Positions 1 through 7,306 of a DNA stretch of 15,214 bases are shown here, piece after piece; position 1 is the first letter of the stretch; each line of letters opens with the position of its first letter. The notes under the pieces were generated by a model. That model was not told where the DNA came from and ran no database searches. It saw only the letters and a list, made by a program, of their open reading frames with translations. Both the position numbers and the translations under genes were made by a program. Source of the stretch: an uncultured archaeon (GTDB taxonomy: Archaea > Asgardarchaeota > Heimdallarchaeia > Heimdallarchaeales > Kariarchaeaceae); the NCBI GenBank assembly GCA_964645535.1, contig CAZYCQ010000068.1:1-15214 (forward strand). The letters are read 5' to 3'.

Positions 1-1898
1 TTCCATAATATGCCTTGGACATCCATCATATCAAAATACATCTGATCTGGAATCCATCTTGTTTGATTTAGGATTGAATCTTTTAAAATATTGTACCTTC
101 TCTCAAAATCCTTCATCATTTTTGGAAGTATGCCTCTGAAATAGGTGAATTTATCCATTATTGAGATTTCTCTATAATGGTGGGCATAAGTCATCTGACT
201 ATAGCTCATATCCCATAACCAATCCAGAAATTCTCCATTTCCCGTATTGTTGAAATCAATCCAACTGAACCCGTCATGAGGGTGGGAAAGTCCAAATGCA
301 TGTCCCATCTCATGCATTGTAACAAAGGTTAAGCCAAAGGAACGATCTTCAAATGTAGTGATTTCATATGTCAGGTTAACGGGATTGAGATTGGGATTTT
401 CAAAAACCCAATAATAATCTTGGTAGACATGGGCTGAAAAATTGAAATTGACTGATGAAACTCCTGAGTATGCTGCTAAAGGGGTGAATGTGCTTCCATT
501 GGCATATTTTGCAAATTCAAAAGGATCAAGGAGATAGATGTTCAAAGGTAAATCACTTGTCAGAATTGTCTGCACAATTTCATTTGTATAGCCATATTGG
601 TTGGAAATGGCAGTCCATTGTCCTCCATTGAGGGAGATGGTATTCTGAATCATTGATTCAAAATCTGGCTGGGGATCACTCCACCTTTCATTAGCCGCTG
701 AAATCACAAATGAGAAATTCGCTCCTTCATTATTTGCAAGACCCAAGAAGGAATCGAACAACCAGTCATCAGGGAATGTGAAGAGGAAAATAGGGATGAT
801 GAGGTCTTCTTTTGTTGAATCATTGAAAAGTGAATACTTCAATGTTTTCAGATAGTTGACAATGTTCCACGAATAATATCTATGGGATGTATCATTGCGA
901 TCTTGGATCAGGATATTCAAAAGATTTTGATCCTGTGTGTAATTATATTCACGTATCCTGGTGGTCCAATTTGCCATTGGAATCAATTGTGAATATTGTT
1001 GGATTATATAGTCCGTGTTAAGCTTAGAAAGGAAATCATATGATCCGTTTGAGAGATCAATAAGTACATAGTCAAGTGTGACGGTGTTGTAGGAATAGAT
1101 CGGACTATAAATCCATGAGGGGAGAAATCGTAATTCTATTGCCCTTTGCAGATGGTGAACCATTGCATCAAGCAATTCTGTATCATTCATTTGCGAAATG
1201 TGAGGGAAATCATCTCCTCGATAGGAGGTAGGTCCCGCAGAAAAATCATACCATAGAAGTGGTGCCTTATGTCCTCCTCCAGAAGTCTGATAGGTTGCTC
1301 CATATGGCCTTGGATTGCTGTACCCCTCCAGATCTACAGAGGATGCATTATAATAATAATATTCGAAACCTGATGGATCTGGGGTAAAGGTATCTATGAA
1401 TACGATTGTGGGTTTATCCATCCCCAACGAAACCAAATATTCTTCTACCATATCTGAAGGTACATACCTTGCAACAGAAGCCATGTCCCCCATATACAAT
1501 GGTGGAAGATCCTGAACTGAATTGTTGTAGATGAAGTCTCTAAACTCAAGAATCTCTGTAGTGGTGAAATTTCTAAAGGAATAATTAATGGTATAATTCA
1601 GGTCGTAAACGAAATCTGTACTGTAGAATGAAGGGTATCGTTCAATAGGGGCATACCAAGAAGGAAGTCTGTTCAATAGTGCATCCCTATCAAATTCCTG
1701 TGTCATCATTACCCAGATTTCAATGTTGTAAGGATAGCTTGCCTCTGCCAACACGGGTTCGATTTCTATCATATTCGGATCCGATATGTGAATTGGGGTC
1801 TCATTTTGTGATTGAGCTGTTATCAGTGAATTCGGGGGTAGTGAAAATGCCATTGTAACGACAATTAATGCCAAAAAATGCAATCGTAGCTGAACCAT
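1..1898 (-). CDS. Secreted zinc metalloprotease of the metzincin type (HExxHxxGxxH), >632 aa, C-terminus beyond the left window edge
   Basis: Translated by hand; absent from the ORF track because it has no stop codon in the window. Open frame from ATG 1898 to the edge, beginning MVQLRLHFLALIVVTMAFSLPPNSLITAQ (signal-peptide-like). HEMGHAFGLSHPHDG at 314..270, followed by a Met-turn-like SQMTY (Met at 194..192). About 18 N-x-S/T sequons. Confidence 0.9.
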   Translation of the reverse strand, partial: MVQLRLHFLALIVVTMAFSLPPNSLITAQSQNETPIHISDPNMIEIEPVLAEASYPYNIEIWVMMTQEFDRDALLNRLPSWYAPIERYPSFYSTDFVYDLNYTINYSFRNFTTTEILEFRDFIYNNSVQDLPPLYMGDMASVARYVPSDMVEEYLVSLGMDKPTIVFIDTFTPDPSGFEYYYYNASSVDLEGYSNPRPYGATYQTSGGGHKAPLLWYDFSAGPTSYRGDDFPHISQMNDTELLDAMVHHLQRAIELRFLPSWIYSPIYSYNTVTLDYVLIDLSNGSYDFLSKLNTDYIIQQYSQLIPMANWTTRIREYNYTQDQNLLNILIQDRNDTSHRYYSWNIVNYLKTLKYSLFNDSTKEDLIIPIFLFTFPDDWLFDSFLGLANNEGANFSFVISAANERWSDPQPDFESMIQNTISLNGGQWTAISNQYGYTNEIVQTILTSDLPLNIYLLDPFEFAKYANGSTFTPLAAYSGVSSVNFNFSAHVYQDYYWVFENPNLNPVNLTYEITTFEDRSFGLTFVTMHEMGHAFGLSHPHDGFSWIDFNNTGNGEFLDWLWDMSYSQMTYAHHYREISIMDKFTYFRGILPKMMKDFERRYNILKDSILNQTRWIPDQMYFDMMDVQGILW

Positions 1899-1920
1899 AG
1901 GTATCTATAGTGCAAAAACA

Positions 1921-1928
1921 GATAAAAA
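1921..1928 (-). promoter_or_regulatory. Putative archaeal TATA box (TTTTTATC) for the protease gene; leaderless transcript
   Basis: Lies 23-30 nt upstream of ATG 1898 and there is no SD before the ATG. A similar TTTTATC occurs at the same spacing upstream of the GPH transporter. Confidence 0.5.
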
Positions 1929-2083
1929 TCTATAGAGTGTTTTTTACTCCCTATCTGATTTTGAAATAGAATGGTTTCGTGGTTGATTTTCAAATTCTGA
2001 TACTTCCATGTCTTCTGGTCTTGAATGGAATGGTTGCACGACAATAATCAATGAATCGGTGTTTTCTTAGAAATTAATGAATT

Positions 2084-2719
2084 TCAATCAGTTAGCTTCA
2101 TTGTCGCACTCAGTTCATATCCCTTTCTGAAGGCCTGTAGGTTTTTTTCTCGAAATCTAGGTGGAGAATCGTGTACCAAACTTTCCTCAAACAATTCGGG
2201 AGTTATTTCAAGCAATGTATGGTCTTCTGCTTCCTCAGGTGAACTTCGTTCTATTGATTTGGCAATATAGTTGCCTCCGATATCCAAGAGTTCTGATATA
2301 AACCCAAGAGCAACAACATTCATGACATTTTCAGATCCAATTTCCTCTCGGGCAATCCGACTGAAAGGAAGGCTGTAGAGCTTATCATGCTCAAATTCTG
2401 CGGTATCGACATTGCTTTCATCAACTAAGACCATTGTATCCTTTCCGATGATTGTGTTGAATTCCTCCCAACATCTTTGGGCAAAGATCACCAAAATATC
2501 TGGATCATTTTCAATGAAAGGATACACTATTTCCTCATCGGTTTTGGCAATGGTAATGTCGGCAACTGTCAGACCTCCTTTGGTTGATGGTTCATACTTT
2601 ACCGCCTGTGAAACATTTAGGTTTGAACTAAATGCGGAATGACCCAATAACTTCCCCACAAATTGTACTCCCTGTCCACCAACTCCGGCAATTTTCACAC
2701 GTATCGCCATATTCTTCAC
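2084..2719 (-). CDS. korC: 2-oxoacid:ferredoxin oxidoreductase gamma subunit (KorC-like)
   Basis: N-terminal IAGVGGQGV motif, NVVALG, C-terminal KNLQAFRKG; last gene of the delta-alpha-beta-gamma run. The start may be ATG 2710 (GGAGTGA SD 5 nt upstream) rather than GTG 2719. Confidence 0.88.
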   Translation of the reverse strand: MKNMAIRVKIAGVGGQGVQFVGKLLGHSAFSSNLNVSQAVKYEPSTKGGLTVADITIAKTDEEIVYPFIENDPDILVIFAQRCWEEFNTIIGKDTMVLVDESNVDTAEFEHDKLYSLPFSRIAREEIGSENVMNVVALGFISELLDIGGNYIAKSIERSSPEEAEDHTLLEITPELFEESLVHDSPPRFREKNLQAFRKGYELSATMKLTD

Positions 2720-3534
2720 TCCTGTTTCCTGAAAATTCCAACTGGAATCTTCGTGTAACCCACCCGAGGGTCAAACTCGATGACTGTGTTCTCTGGAAGA
2801 AGATATGTCCCTTGGTCATCCGGTCTAATTTCAACTGAAGCCTCAAGAAGATTCTTGATCATATATTCCCCTGTCGGATATCCATTCCGTTTGCCATAAA
2901 TCGCGGGACATCCACTCACTAAATCAATGAAGGCAACTCCTTCTGTCTTTATTGCTTGGCTAATTACCTTTGGAAGAATCTTGTAGTGGGCTGATGTATA
3001 TCGAGCAACAAAATCTGCTCCAGCACCTAGTGCCAGATCAACAAGGTTGAATGGCCGATCATTCTTGCCGATGGTGGTGGGTGTTCGGGTGTTTTCAAAA
3101 GATGTTGGAGATGCCTGTCCGCCTGTCAATCCATAGGTTGAATTGTTGTTGCAGATGATTGTCATGTCTATGTTGCGTCTGCAAGCATGAATGAAATGGT
3201 TTCCTCCTATTGCAAAAAGGTCACCATCTCCCGAAAACACAATCACTTCTAGGTTCGGATTTCCCAATTTCACTCCTGTGGCAAATGGAATGGCTCTACC
3301 ATGGGTTGTATGGAACCCGTCGGCTTCAACATAACCTGAGGCCCGACCTGTGCATCCAATTCCAGAAACAAAGACAACCTCTTTGTCCATGTCCAGCTTT
3401 GTCTTAAGTATTCCTCGAATTATCGATTGGAGATTTGTTCCTAAACTGCAACCACTGCACCATATATGGGGGAGCATCTTAGAAGTCAGTTCATTCTCAA
3501 GATTATGTCCAAGTTTAGAGAAATTGATGGTCAT
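2716..3534 (-). CDS. korB: 2-oxoacid:ferredoxin oxidoreductase beta subunit (TPP-binding)
   Basis: WCSGC, SGIGC, HTTHGRA, GDGD...NNSTYGLTGGQ TPP-binding motif and GCP Fe-S cysteine. GGAGGTG SD; ATGA overlap with the alpha gene. Confidence 0.95.
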   Translation of the reverse strand: MTINFSKLGHNLENELTSKMLPHIWCSGCSLGTNLQSIIRGILKTKLDMDKEVVFVSGIGCTGRASGYVEADGFHTTHGRAIPFATGVKLGNPNLEVIVFSGDGDLFAIGGNHFIHACRRNIDMTIICNNNSTYGLTGGQASPTSFENTRTPTTIGKNDRPFNLVDLALGAGADFVARYTSAHYKILPKVISQAIKTEGVAFIDLVSGCPAIYGKRNGYPTGEYMIKNLLEASVEIRPDDQGTYLLPENTVIEFDPRVGYTKIPVGIFRKQE

Positions 3535-4694
3535 GTGTTTCCACCTCCAATTTTTTTCAATTGTTTCAAGATCATGCTAGGTGGGGGAATTTCTCCTCTA
3601 TAGTATGGTAAATGATCCACCTCTCTCCGTAAAAATCGTTCTACTGGCCAGATCAGTTGCCCTTGAGACATTTCCACAACAAGAACTTCTTTTCCCTCCG
3701 TTGTTTCACGAAGTTCATCCTGAGGAAAAGGCCATATCGTTCGTAGTCTGAACATTCCTGCGTTTATTCCTTCTCTACGGGCAAGGTTGATCGCATGTTT
3801 TGCAGACCTCGCTGTACTCCCATACGCAACAACCACGATATCAGCATCTTCAACCATGTACTTCTCTGGTTGAGGAAACAGATGCTGGTATGAAATGATC
3901 TTGTCTCTCAATCGGTTCATCAGGGATTCATAAGTGTCCGCCGATAGATCTACATGCCCTGAGGAATCGTGGCTCAACCCTGTTGCAAAAGCCTTTTGTT
4001 CCTCTCCAAAACAATTCATTGGGGGAACCAATGTGGATGAAATAGTCTCTCCTTTCCAAATGATTGGTTTTTCTCCAGGGACTGCCCGTTCAATTACTTC
4101 AAGGTTCTCTGGAATGACAAAACGTTCTTTGAGTGTAGAAAGCACTTGATCTGAGAGCACAAATACAGGTGTCCGCAATGCTTCACTTGCGTTGAATGCT
4201 TCCACTGTCAAGTCGAAACATTCCTGTACGGAGGAAGGTGCGAACGTAGGAATCAAATAGTCCCCATGAGATCCAAAATGAGCTTGCATGAGCTCTTGCT
4301 GTCCTGGGAAAGTTGGCAAACCTGTTGAAGGACCGCCTCTCATGATGTTGGCAAGTACCAAAGGAGTCTCCGTGAATGCAGCCAAACCGATTCCTTCCTG
4401 CATAAGGGAAAATCCGGGTCCTGAAGTGGCTGTCATTACCTTTCTTCTTGTCCACGAACACCCAATGGTTGCAACGATGGATGCCAATTCATCCTCTGCC
4501 TGTAGAAATGCTCCTCCCACCTTAGGTAACCTTTTGGCCATATGCTCCATTACTGTTGAACTGGGTGTGATCGGATACCCAAAGTATCCATGAAGTCCCG
4601 CAGCAATCCCCCCTTCTGCAATTGCGACATTGCCCGATTCAAAATGGCTTCCCGCTTGTATCCTACTTTCCTGCTGTAACTCTGTTTCCATCAT
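3531..4694 (-). CDS. korA: 2-oxoacid:ferredoxin oxidoreductase alpha subunit
   Basis: GYPITPS, QAEDE, TATSGPG and MRGGPSTGLPT motifs; C-terminal VVAYGS...WPFP...VVEM domain. GGTGA SD; 4-nt overlap with the delta gene. Confidence 0.95.
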   Translation of the reverse strand: MMETELQQESRIQAGSHFESGNVAIAEGGIAAGLHGYFGYPITPSSTVMEHMAKRLPKVGGAFLQAEDELASIVATIGCSWTRRKVMTATSGPGFSLMQEGIGLAAFTETPLVLANIMRGGPSTGLPTFPGQQELMQAHFGSHGDYLIPTFAPSSVQECFDLTVEAFNASEALRTPVFVLSDQVLSTLKERFVIPENLEVIERAVPGEKPIIWKGETISSTLVPPMNCFGEEQKAFATGLSHDSSGHVDLSADTYESLMNRLRDKIISYQHLFPQPEKYMVEDADIVVVAYGSTARSAKHAINLARREGINAGMFRLRTIWPFPQDELRETTEGKEVLVVEMSQGQLIWPVERFLRREVDHLPYYRGEIPPPSMILKQLKKIGGGNT

Positions 4695-4987
4695 TCTTTT
4701 TCACCAACCAGTACTTCCTCAAGAGGATGTATTGAAAGAACAAAATCCGGACAAGCATACAGGCATTGTCTACATGCGGTACATTTTCCATTTTCAATGG
4801 GATAGAAATACCCTCTATGGGTCTTTTTTTCGCTCATGTGCAATGCTTCATAAGGGCAGACGCTGGTACAGATCCGACATCCCTTGCATCTGTCCCTGTC
4901 AATCACAAACACCCTGTCCTTTTTCCTGCCTACAACGAAAACATCGAATCTCTCGTTGTGGAATTCCCTAGACAGTGACATAATCAC
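4691..4987 (-). CDS. korD: 2x[4Fe-4S] ferredoxin, delta subunit of the 2-oxoacid:ferredoxin oxidoreductase
   Basis: CKGCRICTSVCP and CTACRQCLYACP motifs; first gene of the operon. TATA spacing favours ATG 4981 over GTG 4987 as the start. Confidence 0.92.
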   Translation of the reverse strand: MIMSLSREFHNERFDVFVVGRKKDRVFVIDRDRCKGCRICTSVCPYEALHMSEKKTHRGYFYPIENGKCTACRQCLYACPDFVLSIHPLEEVLVGEKE

Positions 4988-5002
4988 ATTGGTACCTATA
5001 AA

Positions 5003-5010
5003 CTATATAA
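5003..5010 (-). promoter_or_regulatory. Putative TATA box (TTATATAG) for the kor operon
   Basis: Lies 22-29 nt upstream of ATG 4981, which is typical archaeal leaderless spacing. Confidence 0.55.
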
Positions 5011-5045
5011 TTGTTCCCTGTTTTGAAAATGACTTCGTCACTCTC

Positions 5046-6320
5046 TTATTTTCCTGCTGCTGCATCACTGTGCTGTTTGACCCTTTTAGCGAGATGGATT
5101 CTCCTGGTGAAAATGACCATTATCAATGGAGGTATGCATATCACAAATGACGCTATGAATGGCCCTTCCGGGCTTATGTCATAAAAGAATGGTCCAAGTG
5201 AATTGGCAAAGGCTGTTCCAAATATGCTGAGGGAAGTCATCATGCCGAAAACAAATGAAAATTCCTGTGGTTCGACAATTCTGCCGATACGAGTAATTTC
5301 CATTGTAAAATATGTAGAAATTGCAAGATTCAACAAGAAAAGACCGGCAATAAAAAATCCGAGATGAATTTTGGAAAGTGCAGTTGATCCCGTTCCAAGA
5401 ATTGCAATTGTCCAACCGATGAGTCTTATGTCCTCATCTCTTATGTAATCATATAATTTCCCTACAATTGGCGCCCAAATCACTTGAACTAGGGAGGCTG
5501 CTCCTGTAATGAAACCTACAAAGGTGAGGCTCAGATTGAGAATATTGTATCCGTAAACGCTGTAGACCGCCGAAATCAATCCAAAGATCAGACCTGCCAT
5601 AAAAAACAGAAAGAATGCTTCTGGAACTCCTTCACGTTTGATTGCTGCAAGATGTATCCTCTTTTTCGCCGGAGGGGCGGAAAGATCCAGATCCATTGGT
5701 TCCTCCGGGAAAAGGAGTTTAAACAGTCTAGGGATCAAACGCAAGGTGATGAGGAAGAAAATGACGTCAAAAAGAATGATGATCATTCCTGCAAAAATAA
5801 TAGAATCTGGCGGATAATGATCCAATAGATAGGCAAAAAGATATGGCCCCGAAAAACTTCCTAATCCTACCATTGCGGACAACAATCCGTTTTTCATTCC
5901 ACGATCTCGTTTTGAGACGGAAACGATCGCCCGACCCGTCATTGCAAACATATTTACTCCAAACCTGATCATACTGAGGGCTAGCATATAGATGACTGGA
6001 AGGTCTGAAAGAACAACCAAAACCATAGAAATCAAATAGATGACATATCCCAAAGCAATGGCCTTCTTTCTTCCCAGCCAATCAGAAATAAGTCCCGCGG
6101 GAAGTCGGGATGCAGCACCAACAAAAAAAGCCACACTTCCTATCTGCCCCCACAGAACAACTGTGGCTGTGTCTGTCAATGCGAACTTAACCTGTAGGTA
6201 AAGGGGAAAAACTGAGAAAAATCCCCTGAAGATGAAGAACCCCAAAAAATATGGGATCAGGATGGGCGAAAGCTCTATAAAAGAAGGGAAAGTTTCGGAT
6301 TTTTTTGCCACGAAAACCAA
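5046..6320 (-). CDS. Major facilitator superfamily transporter (about 12 TM), substrate unknown
   Basis: MFS motif A GLISDWLGRKK with a degenerate repeat GKLYDYIRDE; two 6-TM halves separated by a hydrophilic loop. Start uncertain (TTG 6320 or GTG 6311). Confidence 0.88.
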   Translation of the reverse strand: MVFVAKKSETFPSFIELSPILIPYFLGFFIFRGFFSVFPLYLQVKFALTDTATVVLWGQIGSVAFFVGAASRLPAGLISDWLGRKKAIALGYVIYLISMVLVVLSDLPVIYMLALSMIRFGVNMFAMTGRAIVSVSKRDRGMKNGLLSAMVGLGSFSGPYLFAYLLDHYPPDSIIFAGMIIILFDVIFFLITLRLIPRLFKLLFPEEPMDLDLSAPPAKKRIHLAAIKREGVPEAFFLFFMAGLIFGLISAVYSVYGYNILNLSLTFVGFITGAASLVQVIWAPIVGKLYDYIRDEDIRLIGWTIAILGTGSTALSKIHLGFFIAGLFLLNLAISTYFTMEITRIGRIVEPQEFSFVFGMMTSLSIFGTAFANSLGPFFYDISPEGPFIASFVICIPPLIMVIFTRRIHLAKRVKQHSDAAAGK

Positions 6321-6363
6321 TCTTGTTTGGAATTTAATTGGGGTTGGATAGGACCATATTGCC

Positions 6364-7206
6364 TTAGCTATCCTTCTCCATGATTTTTTTCACCTCAAGA
6401 ATATGTTTGTGAAGATCTGTAAGAGATGATCCTTCTTTAGGCTTGTTTACTTGGTTTGTAATTGTTGTAATTTTGTCGTAAAGCTCAAAAACTTGTACTC
6501 TTGTCAAGACAATTCCTTCTGGGGTGAAGACCATGATGTAATTTGCAAAAACCAATGCGACATTCAAAAGAAGAATGCTCCAAATAGAAGGAACAAATAT
6601 AAACAGAAAATCGTGGATTACTGTCAAAATAAGTGCGACAATCCAAAGCCTTTTGGCTTTTTTTAATCCGGGTATCCCCTTATCCTCTTGGATACTCCAC
6701 ATTGTATACAAAAGAATCAATGAAATTGCCAAACGGAAAACTGTCAGCGGGGCATTGAACCTTGTTGAAATAATGATTACTTTCCCAATCACAAGACCAT
6801 AATGCATATTGAACACAGTTTCATTGAAGGAAGGATAGGGGAAGATGGGATGAGCCGTCCCATCAAGAGGTTCCCAAAAATAGGTGCTTAAGACCAGGAT
6901 TAGTGCATAGGCAATAAATGTCCTGAGGAGAATTGATGGGTATTTTCTTATCTTATTGCCGAAATAAAGAAATGGAAGGTACGTGACCGAACTGAGCGAA
7001 TAAAAAACTTTTATCCGGAAGGTTTCCGGTAATGGGGAAAAAACTACTGTGATTGCAACAAAGGAAAGAAAAAAGATTAAAAAAAGAAACAAGAATTCAG
7101 AGAAGGAAGAGATTAAGTATAGCCGAAGTGTGACAATCATTCCATTCAGTAGCAGGAGTATGGCAGAAATACCCAACGTTATTAGGACAAAATTTGCCAA
7201 CTCCAT
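6364..7206 (-). CDS. Uncharacterised polytopic (about 7 TM) membrane protein with a soluble C-terminal tail
   Basis: 280-aa ORF with ATG start, about 7 hydrophobic segments, a ~35-aa loop after TM4, a charged helical tail and a well-placed TATA box. Confidence 0.8.
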   Translation of the reverse strand: MELANFVLITLGISAILLLLNGMIVTLRLYLISSFSEFLFLFLIFFLSFVAITVVFSPLPETFRIKVFYSLSSVTYLPFLYFGNKIRKYPSILLRTFIAYALILVLSTYFWEPLDGTAHPIFPYPSFNETVFNMHYGLVIGKVIIISTRFNAPLTVFRLAISLILLYTMWSIQEDKGIPGLKKAKRLWIVALILTVIHDFLFIFVPSIWSILLLNVALVFANYIMVFTPEGIVLTRVQVFELYDKITTITNQVNKPKEGSSLTDLHKHILEVKKIMEKDS

Positions 7207-7227
7207 TAAGGTCTTTTACTAAATATC

Positions 7228-7263
7228 CTATTTAACCCTTTTTTCCCCCTGAAAAAGGTTAAC
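7228..7263. promoter_or_regulatory. Back-to-back BRE/TATA-like elements in the divergent intergenic region
   Basis: Minus strand reads GAAAAAAGGGTTAAATA (TATA about 22-29 nt before ATG 7206); plus strand reads GAAAAAGGTTAAC at 7251-7263. Together they form an imperfect inverted repeat. Confidence 0.5.
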
Positions 7264-7306
7264 TACCCAATCCTTTACTCAAAAGAATTATATTGTCCTT
7301 TTCAAA

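Noticed and set aside
1944-2051. Small minus-strand ORF in the korC-protease gap (MEVSEFENQPRNHSISKSDRE, up to about 35 aa from an upstream TTG)
   Set aside because: No SD or well-placed TATA box and no recognisable motif; its length is expected by chance.
2412-4978. Short ORFs (65-113 aa) overlapping the kor genes on either strand
   Set aside because: Antisense or alternate-frame shadows of well-conserved genes, with no motifs.
4884-6802. Short ORFs overlapping the MFS and 7-TM genes, including Cys-rich ones at 5179-5415 and 6451-6666
   Set aside because: Off-frame by-products of hydrophobic-codon-rich genes; the Cys residues form no metal-binding pattern.
6364-7206. The 7-TM protein as a microbial rhodopsin paired with an Htr-like transducer
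   Set aside because: No Lys in the last TM helix (no DxxxK or SxxxK motif) and no recognisable helix C retinal-pocket motif.
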